DNA from: a virus | IMG/VR virus record: IMGVR_UViG_3300044820_000144 | Span: 51,592-115,591 of that record | Reading direction: 5' to 3' (one strand) | Length of the DNA stretch: 64,000 nucleotides | Part shown: positions 52,871 through 62,015 of the stretch, in pieces | How positions within the stretch are numbered: position 1 is the first letter of the stretch | How the letters are laid out: each line of letters starts with the position of its first letter | Notes under the pieces: model-generated | Told to the model about the DNA's origin: nothing | Database searches by the model: none | What the model saw: only the letters and a program-made list of their open reading frames with translations | Position numbers and translations under genes: made by a program

Positions 52871-52919
52871 CGTTCTGCATGCCGCGACCTGCGGTTCAAC
52901 ACCATGCCCTGGAGTCGCT

Positions 52920-54884
52920 ATGAGTCTCGACGTACCGGCCTACCTGGCGGGAAAGGGATACCGCGGCCGTCCCGCCAGTGGGGGACGGGAGCTGACGTAC
53001 CCGTGTTTCTTCGACTGCGCGGAACCCCCCGATTCCCGCAAGCGGAAACTGTACGTGTCGCCGGACGAAGGGGTTTACAACTGCAAGGTCTGCGGTGCGT
53101 CGGGTGGTTCGTACACGCTGCAGAAGCATTTCGGGGACGACCCCCGCGCCGGTTCCACGGACGATGCGTTCACGCGCCGCAGAATCCTCGACTGGGCCGC
53201 AGGGGTGGGCGCGGAAATGCTCGCCAACCGCGACGACGTGTTGTTGTACCTGATGAACGACCGGGGGCTGGACCCGCAGACCATCGTGGACCGCCAGCTC
53301 GGGTTCGTCGGCGACGGCTGGTCGCTGACCGGGTCCCTGCCGGCGGAGTTCACCCGCGAGCAGCTGGCCGCGACCGGGTTGGTGTGGAAGGACGGCAACC
53401 GCAAGGGCGACGACTACTTCTACAGGCACTTGCTGATCCCGGTCGTCAGCCGGGGTCACGTCATCCAGATCCGCGGCCGGGTCTGGGGGGAGTCGCGCGG
53501 CGGGAAGTACTTGAGCGGCCCGGGGGAGGTGGTGCGCGCCTACAACCTGGACAGCCTGGACGGCGCAGAGGAGGTCATCCTCACCGAAGGCGAGTTCGAC
53601 GCGATCCGGTTGCACGAGGTGCTGCGCGCCTCCACCGAGGAACGCGTCCGGAAGATCGCCGTCGTGGGCCTGCCCGGCACCAACGCCTTCCCCGAGGACC
53701 TGGACGACCGGCTCACCGAGATCAAGCGGATCTACCTGGGGTTCGACAGCGACGAGCCCGGCCGCATCGCCGCGGAGAAGCTCGTCGACCGGTGGGGTGC
53801 CAGGGCCCGCCTCCTGGTCCTGCCCAGCATCGACGGCCGCAAGTGCGACTGGAGCGAGTACCTGCTGCCCAAGCAGGACGGGCGCAGCTGGGAGCTGGAA
53901 CACCCCTACGCCGGACACGGCGCCGGCGACGTGCTGCGGCTCATGTCCACCGCCGCGGGGAAGCGGATCCACTCCGTCGCCGAGTCCGGGGCGGCGTTCC
54001 GGGAGTACCGCAACCAGAACGCCGGCCTGCAGACGGGATGGCGGGAGCTGGACGCGGTGACCCACCCGGGCCTGTTGCCGGGGCAGGTCGTGTTCCTGCT
54101 GGCGAAGACCGGCACCGGGAAAACGCTGCTGCTGTGCAACCTGGCCTACCAGATGCGCGAGCACCGGATCCTGTTCATCTCCCTGGAGATGACCCGCGAA
54201 GAGGTCTACCACCGCCTCGAACGCATCTACCTGTTCCACCACCCCCGCGCCACCGTCCAGGAGCTGGAGTACGCGCTCGATCGGATCTGGATCTGCGACG
54301 AGAACCGCCTGGGGGAGAAGGACATCCAGGCCCTGGTGTCGGAGTACCGGGTGGAGACCGGCGAGCGCCCCGACGTGGTGATGGTCGACTACCTCGGCTA
54401 CTACGCCCGCGGCGCGAAGGGTTCTTCGCCCTACGAGAAGGTCACCGCTGCGGCGATGCAACTGAAAGCCGACGCCAAGGCCGGCCGCCTGGTCGTCATC
54501 AGCCCCACCCAGGTCAACCGGGTCGCCAAGGACGGCAAGCCGATCGACCTGGACGACGCCCGCGACTCCGGGGCCATCGAGGAGACCGGCGATTTCGTGC
54601 TGGCCGCCTACCGGCCCGACAACGCCCTCACCGAGGGCGACGCCATCAACGTGCGGCCCACCGGGAAGATCAAGCTCGCGGTTCTGAAGTCCCGTCACGG
54701 CGGGGTCGGGCGGGTGGTGTCCCTGCAGATGGACCTGCTGACCCTCGCGATCGTCGAGGACGGTTCCCGGGATGCGAAGCGGGCCGAAGAACACAACCTC
54801 CTCGCCTGGCGCGGCCACAAGTGGGAAGAGCTGCGCGCCGCCGAGACCCGTCCCGAACAGCTCTTCCTGAAGGGCGGTGCCTGA
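52920..54884 (+). CDS. Bifunctional DNA primase-helicase (Zn finger + TOPRIM + DnaB-like)
   Basis: CFFDC..CKVC; TEGEFD and FDSD TOPRIM; AKTGTGKT, VDYLG, QVNR, DSGAIEE, KSRHG. Confidence 0.92.
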   Translation: MSLDVPAYLAGKGYRGRPASGGRELTYPCFFDCAEPPDSRKRKLYVSPDEGVYNCKVCGASGGSYTLQKHFGDDPRAGSTDDAFTRRRILDWAAGVGAEMLANRDDVLLYLMNDRGLDPQTIVDRQLGFVGDGWSLTGSLPAEFTREQLAATGLVWKDGNRKGDDYFYRHLLIPVVSRGHVIQIRGRVWGESRGGKYLSGPGEVVRAYNLDSLDGAEEVILTEGEFDAIRLHEVLRASTEERVRKIAVVGLPGTNAFPEDLDDRLTEIKRIYLGFDSDEPGRIAAEKLVDRWGARARLLVLPSIDGRKCDWSEYLLPKQDGRSWELEHPYAGHGAGDVLRLMSTAAGKRIHSVAESGAAFREYRNQNAGLQTGWRELDAVTHPGLLPGQVVFLLAKTGTGKTLLLCNLAYQMREHRILFISLEMTREEVYHRLERIYLFHHPRATVQELEYALDRIWICDENRLGEKDIQALVSEYRVETGERPDVVMVDYLGYYARGAKGSSPYEKVTAAAMQLKADAKAGRLVVISPTQVNRVAKDGKPIDLDDARDSGAIEETGDFVLAAYRPDNALTEGDAINVRPTGKIKLAVLKSRHGGVGRVVSLQMDLLTLAIVEDGSRDAKRAEEHNLLAWRGHKWEELRAAETRPEQLFLKGGA

Positions 54885-54951
54885 TGAACCTCATCCACAA
54901 GCTGATCCACACCCTGTTCGACACCAAGACTCCGATGCTGGGCGGCGCATC

Positions 54952-55353
54952 ATGAACCCCTGGAACAAGGCCGCCGCCGGCCTGTGGTTCGGGGAGACCC
55001 TGCGCCCGTTTCGCGCAGAGTTCGACGCCGTCCTCACCTTCAGCCCCGACCCCCCTCCTACGGATGAGGGATTGCGCCACCGGTGGATGCCACTCCCGGA
55101 CGACGACGACGAGATCCACACCGTGATCGACGAGGCCATCGCGTGGCTTCAGGCCCGTTGGCAAGCCGACCGGAGTGTGCTTGTCCAGTCCCCGGCGTGT
55201 GATTTCGCCGAACTCGTGGTCGCCAGCCTCTTCGTGCATCTGGGTGCGACCGCGGACGAAGCAGCCCTGTCGTTGCAGGAGGCCCGGCCCCTCGCGCTGG
55301 CCAAGCAGCGGTATCTCGATCTCCTACGGGACCGTGAGGTGCGCCATGCCTGA
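54952..55353 (+). CDS. Dual-specificity-phosphatase-fold protein lacking the catalytic motif
   Basis: AVLTF...PLPD...EAIAWL...VLVQSPACDFAELVVASL..G....EA...RP mirrors DSP with HCx5R lost. Confidence 0.6.
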   Translation: MNPWNKAAAGLWFGETLRPFRAEFDAVLTFSPDPPPTDEGLRHRWMPLPDDDDEIHTVIDEAIAWLQARWQADRSVLVQSPACDFAELVVASLFVHLGATADEAALSLQEARPLALAKQRYLDLLRDREVRHA

Positions 55354-55597
55354 AGTGCCTGTGCAGCTGCCTCTGGGTGTCGAAGACCTGCCGTCCGAGG
55401 CGATCCGCGGTGGTGCCCCCGCCGACGAGGCCGCACGGCAGGCGGCGCAGCTGGCCTTCTACCACCAGCTGATCGCCGCGTCCCCCACTCCGCCCACGTG
55501 CCTGCCCGACCGCGGCGTCCACGTGTTCGCCCTGTCCGCCCTGAAGTCCGGGCCCTGCTTGTGCCAGTCGAACAATTCACCGAAGGGGGAGCAGTGA
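55346..55597 (+). CDS. Hypothetical protein
   Basis: GAGG RBS; overlaps neighbours. Confidence 0.6.
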   Translation: MPEVPVQLPLGVEDLPSEAIRGGAPADEAARQAAQLAFYHQLIAASPTPPTCLPDRGVHVFALSALKSGPCLCQSNNSPKGEQ

Positions 55598-56019
55598 CTG
55601 CAACGCTCATGGAGATTGTTGTCGGATGCGAAAACTACCTGGGGTGGCAACCTAAACCAGGAGTACCCATGTGGAAGGCCCGCAGCGCCGAGATCGGAAA
55701 GCTGAAGCGGGCCATCAGTGCAAGCAGCGAAGAGATCACCATCGAACATCTGGCCCTGGCGTTGGAATACTCCCGACGCAAGCGGATCCCCATCTCCAGC
55801 CCCTCCGGTCTCCTGCACCGCATCGGCGACGCCCTCGCCCTCGCCTACACCGCCCCCACACCCAGCGACGCAGCCCTGGCCATCGCCGACGCCATCGCCT
55901 GGGAGCAGGACCGTGACGACACCGAGTCCCTGCGCTGGATCCACCGCCTCGTCCGCTGCGCCGGCCCCGGCCAGGCCGACGTCCTGATCGAGTGGTCGGA
56001 GGCCGGCCGTGGCCGCTGA
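55594..56019 (+). CDS. Hypothetical protein
   Basis: GTGA coupling; 5' half has lower GC3. Confidence 0.65.
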   Translation: MTATLMEIVVGCENYLGWQPKPGVPMWKARSAEIGKLKRAISASSEEITIEHLALALEYSRRKRIPISSPSGLLHRIGDALALAYTAPTPSDAALAIADAIAWEQDRDDTESLRWIHRLVRCAGPGQADVLIEWSEAGRGR

Positions 56020-56419
56020 CCGCACCACCCTCACTCTCCTGGACGGCGTGACCACCCCGCCCGTCTCGGATCAGAAGCCGTTCGCCATCCGCCGCCGGAT
56101 CCGCCACAGCGCACGCCGGGTCGGCACGTCCAGGGAGCCGCAGCCCATCGACATCGACACCTCCCACCTCGCCTGGCAGGCCAACGCGATCTGCACCAGC
56201 TGCGACCCGGAGATGTTCTTCGTCGAGGGCGCCGTCTCCAACTACCTGCGCCGCCTGTGCCTGTCCTGCCCCGTCCAGGCCGACTGCCTCCTGCACGCCC
56301 TCGCCGACCCCACCCTGGTCGGGGTCTGGGCCGGCACCACCGCCGAGGAACGCCGCCGCCTGCGCCGCCGCGACGCCAAGCAGGCCACCGCCCCCGTACG
56401 CACGACCCAGGCCAGTTGA
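56009..56419 (+). CDS. whiB: WhiB-family Fe-S transcription factor
   Basis: WQANAIC...DPEMFF...CLSCPVQADC...GVWAGTTAEERR. Confidence 0.92.
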   Translation: MAADRTTLTLLDGVTTPPVSDQKPFAIRRRIRHSARRVGTSREPQPIDIDTSHLAWQANAICTSCDPEMFFVEGAVSNYLRRLCLSCPVQADCLLHALADPTLVGVWAGTTAEERRRLRRRDAKQATAPVRTTQAS

Positions 56420-56721
56420 TGGCTCGCACCCCCACCAAGAGGGAACTGCACGCCCACGGCTGCCGCCAGTGCCGCACCCGCTACCAGGACACCTGCAAGG
56501 ACCGCGGCGAAGACGACCTGTGCCCGGCCTGCCTGGGCGGCAAGCCCTCCGAGCTGCTCATCCACGGACGGGCCCCGCGGACCTGCTGCCTGGCCTCCCG
56601 GCTGGTCACCAAGGCCGAGCGCACCCTCTACGACCTCGCCGGCCGCAGCAACTGGCACATCTGCCCGACCTGCGCGAGGACCCACCCGTTCAAGCCCACC
56701 GAGAAGGAGATCAGGACATGA
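56419..56721 (+). CDS. Cys-rich zinc-binding hypothetical protein
   Basis: CRQC, CPAC, CC, CPTC; TGATG coupling. Confidence 0.7.
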   Translation: MARTPTKRELHAHGCRQCRTRYQDTCKDRGEDDLCPACLGGKPSELLIHGRAPRTCCLASRLVTKAERTLYDLAGRSNWHICPTCARTHPFKPTEKEIRT

Positions 56722-56984
56722 CGTTGGCCATCGTGAACGGCAGCTACGCACCGGACGAGGAGGATGCCCCGACGTTCGAGGGCGAACCGATCCAGGGTCT
56801 GCGCGCCAAGCTGATCTCCACGGGCAGCCTCGAACTGAGCGACGAGCACCACCGCCTCGACCAGACCGCTCGCCTGCTGGTCACCGGCCGCGTCACCCGC
56901 GTCGACCACGTCGTCGACCAGCGCTCCGGGAAGCTGATCCGCGTCGAAACCTTCAAGATCGTCGACGCGGTCGAGGTCCCCTGA
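56718..56984 (+). CDS. Hypothetical protein
   Basis: AAGGAG RBS, ATGA coupling. Confidence 0.7.
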   Translation: MTLAIVNGSYAPDEEDAPTFEGEPIQGLRAKLISTGSLELSDEHHRLDQTARLLVTGRVTRVDHVVDQRSGKLIRVETFKIVDAVEVP

Positions 56985-57280
56985 TGACCGACCTGACCCG
57001 CCCCATCGTCCGCTCCATCGTCTTCGACGACGACGGTGCCGCCGTCATCGAGTACTGCGTGCCCGCCCAGGACGTCCGTGACAACGGTGTCGTCCTGAAC
57101 CACCTGCTGTCCGTCCCCCGCGAGGACCAGTACGACGACGAGATCGACGCCGTCACCGACGCCGTCCAGGCGCTGCTCGCCGACGTCCTCGAAGACTTCC
57201 CCACGATGGCCCCGTTCACCCTGCCCCGCCTCGACGACACCGACGACACCGACCCGGACGACACCGATGACGACGACTGA
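56984..57280 (+). CDS. Acidic hypothetical protein
   Basis: TGATG coupling. Confidence 0.7.
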   Translation: MTDLTRPIVRSIVFDDDGAAVIEYCVPAQDVRDNGVVLNHLLSVPREDQYDDEIDAVTDAVQALLADVLEDFPTMAPFTLPRLDDTDDTDPDDTDDDD

Positions 57281-57470
57281 ACCCGAAGCGCCCGTCGGGG
57301 GCTGGGACTGGATCCGCTTCTACGGCACGTGGAACGGGATGGACGTCACCACCAAGCACCGCACCGCGTGGAACCGCCTGTTCACCGCCCCCTGCGCGTG
57401 CGGCGCCATCGTCGACTGGGATGCCCGCGTCCGCCCGCCCGAGCCCCTGTGCGACTGCGAGCCGACATGA
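57267..57470 (+). CDS. Small hypothetical protein
   Basis: Overlapping neighbours; Trp/Cys-rich. Confidence 0.55.
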   Translation: MTTTEPEAPVGGWDWIRFYGTWNGMDVTTKHRTAWNRLFTAPCACGAIVDWDARVRPPEPLCDCEPT

Positions 57471-57709
57471 CCAAGGACTGGGGCCGCCTGGCCCACGAGG
57501 CTGCCGAAGCCCACCTCGAAGCGATCTTCCAGGCGGAGGAAGACGGCGACGACAGCCCCTCCGTCGCCCCCTACGACGGCTGCCAGACCTGCGACATCCG
57601 GGAGATCCTCGCCGGCGCCTGGCCCGTGATCGAACAGATGCTCCGCGAACAGATCACCGACGCGGTCAACGCCGCGCTCGAACGAGACCGAGAGGAGACC
57701 GACTCATGA
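57467..57709 (+). CDS. Small hypothetical protein
   Basis: ATGA coupling; PYDGCQTC. Confidence 0.65.
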   Translation: MTKDWGRLAHEAAEAHLEAIFQAEEDGDDSPSVAPYDGCQTCDIREILAGAWPVIEQMLREQITDAVNAALERDREETDS

Positions 57710-58086
57710 CCTCCTGGACCCCCGCCCGGCCCCTGCCGCTCCACCGCCGGGAAGCCGCCGTCGCCCGCGACGCCCAGGACACCTCCCGTGAAGCCGCCCG
57801 CCTCACCATCGGCCGCTCCGGCAACCACCGCAGCCAGGTCGTCGCCTACATCGTGTCCGCCCCCCACCAGCAGGCCGGGCGCACCGACGACGAGATCGAA
57901 GCCGCCACCGGCCTGTCCCACCAGACCGTCTCCGCCCGCCGGCGCGGCCTGGTCCTGGACGGCTGGCTCGAAGAGGCCCGCGACGAGCAGGGGCGACCCA
58001 TCCGCCGGCGCACCCGCTCCAACACCTCCGCCCTGGTGTGGACGCTCACCCCCAAGGGCCGCGCCCAGTGGGAAGCCGACCACTGA
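57706..58086 (+). CDS. Winged-helix DNA-binding protein
   Basis: GRTDDEIEAATGLSHQTVSARRRGLV..GWL...RRTRS. Confidence 0.75.
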   Translation: MTSWTPARPLPLHRREAAVARDAQDTSREAARLTIGRSGNHRSQVVAYIVSAPHQQAGRTDDEIEAATGLSHQTVSARRRGLVLDGWLEEARDEQGRPIRRRTRSNTSALVWTLTPKGRAQWEADH

Positions 58087-58451
58087 TGAGCCGCCTGCCC
58101 CCGGGCGCCGGGCGGTCCGCCAGCGAGACCCTCGCCATCCCCGCGGCCGTCCGGGCCGCCGTCGACGAACGCGACGGGCAGTACTGCCGGGTCTGCGGCC
58201 GGTTCGTCGGCGAGCAGCGCGCCCTGCACCATACGATCTTCGGGGGAGACGCCCGGGGGATGGGCGGGCGGCGCGTCCACGAGGTCAGCGAGATCGTCAC
58301 GGTCTGCTGGATGTGGGGTGGGAACTGCCATGACCGGGTACATCGAGAGAAGCTGCGCTTCCAGCCCGTGCTGCTGGAGGTCGTCAACCGGCCAGGGCTG
58401 ACCGCCCTGCAGCTGCTGCGCTGGAAGACCGCCCACGGAGGCGACAAGTGA
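58086..58451 (+). CDS. HNH endonuclease-like protein
   Basis: ERDGQYCRVCG...LHH...VTVC...CHDRVH. Confidence 0.75.
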   Translation: MSRLPPGAGRSASETLAIPAAVRAAVDERDGQYCRVCGRFVGEQRALHHTIFGGDARGMGGRRVHEVSEIVTVCWMWGGNCHDRVHREKLRFQPVLLEVVNRPGLTALQLLRWKTAHGGDK

Positions 58452-58669
58452 TCATTGAGAAGGACCCGGACGGCCAAGAGATCCGCCTCGGCACCACCTC
58501 CGACGTCGCCCGCGAGCTGGGCGAGACCATCGAACGGGTCCGAGCCATGTACCGGCGCCGGACCGGCAACGGCTTCCCCGAGCACGTGGCCGTCCGCAAG
58601 GCGAAGAACGGCACGAGGGCCAGGCACTGGGACATCGACGAGGTCCGCGTCTGGGCCATCAACCGGTAG
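58448..58669 (+). CDS. Small HTH (MerR/Xis-like) DNA-binding protein
   Basis: GTTSDVARELG...GFP...WDIDEVRVW. Confidence 0.7.
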   Translation: MIIEKDPDGQEIRLGTTSDVARELGETIERVRAMYRRRTGNGFPEHVAVRKAKNGTRARHWDIDEVRVWAINR

Positions 58670-58906
58670 TCAGCACCCGCCCGGCTCGTCCTCCACCACC
58701 TTGGACAGGATCCGGTCCACCTCCTCCTGCGTGAGGTGGCCGAACCCGCTGCGGAACAGCTCCAGCAGCGCATCACGCTTCGGCGCCGGAGACTCCGGCA
58801 CACCCGACATCTCGTCCATGTCACCCAGGGTCGCATGCCGACCCCTCACCGCGACAGGTCATCACAATCACCCGCAAGGGTGCTTCCCCCGCGTTACCCT
58901 CAGTGC

Positions 58907-59194
58907 GTGCCCGAACACAACGGCGTGCCGTTCTTCCGCTCCGACGCGACCACCCCCTGCCCGTGGTGCGGCGCCCAGCAGGACGCCGTCACCCCCCTCG
59001 GCCACGACTCGACCATGCCCCGAGCCGGCGACTTCTCCGTCTGCGCCGACTGCAACAAGATCGTCGTCTTCACCGGCGTCGGCCTCCAACGCCGCAAGCC
59101 CACCCGCGCCGAAGCCCTAGAGGCCGCCGCCCACCGCGTCGCCGGCCCGGCGCAGCGCTTCATCCGCCGCTACCACGAAGGACTTGAACCGTGA
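58907..59194 (+). CDS. Zn-finger hypothetical protein (start uncertain)
   Basis: CPWCG...VCADC. Confidence 0.6.
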   Translation: MPEHNGVPFFRSDATTPCPWCGAQQDAVTPLGHDSTMPRAGDFSVCADCNKIVVFTGVGLQRRKPTRAEALEAAAHRVAGPAQRFIRRYHEGLEP

Positions 59195-59454
59195 CCGCCA
59201 CCGTCAACGAGCCCCCCCTGTTCGAGCCCGGCCTGAAGGTCATGGTCCGCACCGCCGTCATCAGCGGCGAGATCAACGGCCACCTACCCCTGGTCTGCAT
59301 GGCCGAGGTCATGGGACCCGCCGAAGGCGACGACCTGTGGTGGCTCACCGTGTGGATGGGCCAGAGGGAGGGCATGCCGCAGATGTACAAGTCCGAGGAG
59401 ATCCTCGGCACCCCCAGCCTCGGCCTCACCTACGTCCCCGTGATCGGATCATGA
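59191..59454 (+). CDS. Hypothetical protein
   Basis: GTGA/ATGA coupling. Confidence 0.65.
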   Translation: MTATVNEPPLFEPGLKVMVRTAVISGEINGHLPLVCMAEVMGPAEGDDLWWLTVWMGQREGMPQMYKSEEILGTPSLGLTYVPVIGS

Positions 59455-59678
59455 GCGCGCAAGACCCCGACGACGACGGCTACACCAAGGCCAAGATCGC
59501 TGACGTCCCCTGCCCCGAATGCGGCGCCAAAGCGTTCTCCATCAAGACCCGCCTCGTCGCCCGCCCCATCGGCACCTACAGCCTCGCCGGAGCCCAGATG
59601 AAGGTCAGCGCCTACGAATGGCCCCACCTCGTCTGCGGCAACTGCGGCGCCGCCTACGCAGCCAAGGAGACCACGTGA
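59451..59678 (+). CDS. Zn-ribbon protein
   Basis: CPECG...CGNCG. Confidence 0.7.
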   Translation: MSAQDPDDDGYTKAKIADVPCPECGAKAFSIKTRLVARPIGTYSLAGAQMKVSAYEWPHLVCGNCGAAYAAKETT

Positions 59679-59863
59679 CCGCATCCCGACGCGGCAGCTG
59701 GATCATCGAAGTCTGCAGGACCTGCGGGAAAAAGGCGGAGTGGCCCTTCTGCGACCACCGCCAAGAGTGGCTGGCCACCGACCGCACCCGCAGCTGGTGC
59801 GAGACCGTCACCGTCACCGGCACCTGGCACCCCGAGCCCGAACCCGAGCCCGAGCCAGAGTGA
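59675..59863 (+). CDS. Small Cys-containing protein with PE-repeat tail
   Basis: AAGGAG RBS, CRTC...C.H, PEPEPEPEPE. Confidence 0.6.
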   Translation: MTASRRGSWIIEVCRTCGKKAEWPFCDHRQEWLATDRTRSWCETVTVTGTWHPEPEPEPEPE

Positions 59864-60360
59864 CCCTGATCCTCGTCACCGGATCGCGGAACTGGACCGA
59901 CAAGCACCTGCTCGCCGACGCCCTCCACGACCTCGCCGACACCGCCACCGACGCCCCCGGCAAGCAGCGAGCCATCATGCACGGCGACTGCTCACGAGGC
60001 GCCGACCGCATCGCCCGCGACCTCGCCCGCTCCTGGGACTGGATCGTCCTCGACCGCCCCGCCGACTGGCGCCACCACCCCCGCGGCCTCGCCGGCTACA
60101 TCCGCAACGGCGACATGGTCGCCGAATGCCAGGACTACGCCGCACGCGGCAGCATCATCCGGGTCGCCGCCTTCACCATGCCCTGCCCCAACCAGCCCTG
60201 CCGCAGCCGGCTCTGCACCGGCTGGTCCCACGGCGCCAGCCACTGCGGACAGCTCGCCGAAGAAGCCAGCCTCACCGGCTGGTGGGTCCGCCCCGACGGT
60301 ACCCGCGACCCGCTCGGCGACTGCGTTAGCCCCCCGACGGGACCGATCACCGGTCCGTGA
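59860..60360 (+). CDS. SLOG-family (YspA/DUF2493-like) protein
   Basis: ILVTGSRNW, IMHGDC.RGADRIA, PADW, AGYIRN..MV. Confidence 0.85.
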   Translation: MTLILVTGSRNWTDKHLLADALHDLADTATDAPGKQRAIMHGDCSRGADRIARDLARSWDWIVLDRPADWRHHPRGLAGYIRNGDMVAECQDYAARGSIIRVAAFTMPCPNQPCRSRLCTGWSHGASHCGQLAEEASLTGWWVRPDGTRDPLGDCVSPPTGPITGP

Positions 60361-60803
60361 CCGGACTGCACCGCAAGACCACGTCACCCGTCGGTGCCGG
60401 CCCCTTCTGGCGCGACCTCCTCGAACGCCTCGGCCGCCAAGCCGCCCAGGTCGCCCTCCCCATCGTCCTCGCAGCCGGCACCACCCACAGCCTCGACATC
60501 CCCGCTGTCGCCCTCGCCATCGGCGTCGCCGTCGGCGTCTCCGTCCTCAAGACCCTCGCCGGCATCACCGCCGGCCCCGACGACGCCCTCGCCTGGCGCC
60601 TACTCGACCGCGTCGTCGCCGCCATGGCCGGCACCGCCCTCGGCTTCATCCCCCTCGACCTCGGCCAGCTCATCACCGTCGACTGGGACCACGTCGCTAT
60701 CGCCGCACTCGCCGCCGGGCTCACCTCCCTGCTGGCCTACTACGTCACCCCGCCGGCCACCTCCACGCCACCCCTGGTGGACCCGCCGCCGCCCACCCCG
60801 TGA
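60357..60803 (+). CDS. Holin (r1t-like, internally duplicated)
   Basis: FWRDLLERLGRQAAQ and WRLLDRVVAAMAG repeats with TM segments; VDW...ALAAGLTSLL. Confidence 0.7.
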   Translation: MTGLHRKTTSPVGAGPFWRDLLERLGRQAAQVALPIVLAAGTTHSLDIPAVALAIGVAVGVSVLKTLAGITAGPDDALAWRLLDRVVAAMAGTALGFIPLDLGQLITVDWDHVAIAALAAGLTSLLAYYVTPPATSTPPLVDPPPPTP

Positions 60804-60807
60804 CAGC

Positions 60808-60840
60808 GAAGGGCCCCCGACAGCTCTGCGGGGGCCCTTC
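60808..60840 (+). terminator. Hairpin terminator after holin
   Basis: 12-bp stem GAAGGGCCCCCG/CGGGGGCCCTTC. Confidence 0.7.
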
Positions 60841-61124
60841 AGTCACCTGGCCGCCTTCGCGCCTTCCCCGACCAGGTGCCGTCGATATCGTCCGAACGGC
60901 CAGGCGAAGTCAGCCGTTCACCGGTGGGAGCAGGCCAGCTCCACTCGCTAGGGTCGACCCAGCAGCACAACCGGGTGTCTCTCCGAGGGAGAGATACAGG
61001 ACCGACGGCCGCGGGCCGTGAAGGGTCCCAAGGCGAGACATCCCGACGCGAGCGAGGCTCCAGGTGAACTCACCCTGGGGCCCTTCACGCGTTTGCGCCG
61101 TCCAGACCGACAAGGACGCCGCAC

Positions 61125-61298
61125 GTGGGCATCATCACCCTCACCCTCAACGACGCCGAAGTGGCCCTCATCCTCGACGCCCTCGCCGCCCTCGCCCTGC
61201 GCGACCGGCGCGCCGAAGTGTTCGCCTTCCTCGTCGAGCACGCCGATCTGCCGCTCATGGCCAACGTGCCCGAGCCCACGGCAGAGGAGGACAGGTGA
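61125..61298 (+). CDS. Small hypothetical protein (57 aa)
   Basis: AAGGA RBS; MGIITLTLNDAEVALILDAL... translated by hand. Confidence 0.6.
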   Translation: MGIITLTLNDAEVALILDALAALALRDRRAEVFAFLVEHADLPLMANVPEPTAEEDR

Positions 61299-61447
61299 GC
61301 GGCCTCACCTTCGCCCTCCTCCTCATCGCCGCCGTCGTGATCATCGCCCTGTTCGGCCTCGTCCAGCTGGAGAACGCCGCCAGGCGCCGCCAGTACGAAG
61401 CCGAGCTGGCCCAGCTACGCGACGCCATCCACCGGAGCCAGTCATGA
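61295..61447 (+). CDS. Small membrane protein (50 aa)
   Basis: GAGGAGG RBS; N-terminal TM. Confidence 0.65.
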   Translation: MSGLTFALLLIAAVVIIALFGLVQLENAARRRQYEAELAQLRDAIHRSQS

Positions 61448-61737
61448 CCCCCCGCCTCTACCGCCACCGCCCCACCACCGTCGAAGCCGCCCAGATCGAC
61501 CGCGACAACCCCGCCGACCTCGAAGCCATCGCCAACTGGTGCGGAGGCGACATCGTCCGCCCCAGTGTCCTCCTCGGCCGGGAGAACGTGATCCTGTTCG
61601 TGCCCGATCTCGATGACGACCTGGTCGGCTCCTACGCCGAGTCCGGCGACTGGATCGTTCGCACCCCGACCGGCGCATACGACGTGTTCGCCCCCGAGGC
61701 ATTCCATGCCACCTACGCACCGGTGGTGGAACTGTGA
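61444..61737 (+). CDS. Conserved phage hypothetical protein
   Basis: YRHRPTTVEAAQ...GDWIVR...F..TY pattern common in phages. Confidence 0.75.
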   Translation: MTPRLYRHRPTTVEAAQIDRDNPADLEAIANWCGGDIVRPSVLLGRENVILFVPDLDDDLVGSYAESGDWIVRTPTGAYDVFAPEAFHATYAPVVEL

Positions 61738-62015
61738 CCGTCGACGTCGCCTGGACCGAGCACGCCCCCGACTGCAGCTGCGTGCCCACCTGGCCGCCGC
61801 TCACCCGCCCCGAGGTCCTCACCCTCCAGCAGATCGCCCGCGGCATGTCCTATAGCGACGTCGCCAAGCAGCAGGGCGTGGCCATGGACACCATCAAGGG
61901 GCGGATGAAGAGGATCTACCGGAAGCTCGGGGCCGCCAACGCACCCCACGCCGTCAGCATCGGCATCGGCATGAAGCTGATCTTCGCTGAGCAGCCGCAA
62001 GGGGCGGACGCATGA
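61734..62015 (+). CDS. LuxR-type HTH regulator
   Basis: LTRPEVLTLQQIARGMSYSDVAKQ...TIK..MKRIYRKLG. Confidence 0.85.
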   Translation: MTVDVAWTEHAPDCSCVPTWPPLTRPEVLTLQQIARGMSYSDVAKQQGVAMDTIKGRMKRIYRKLGAANAPHAVSIGIGMKLIFAEQPQGADA

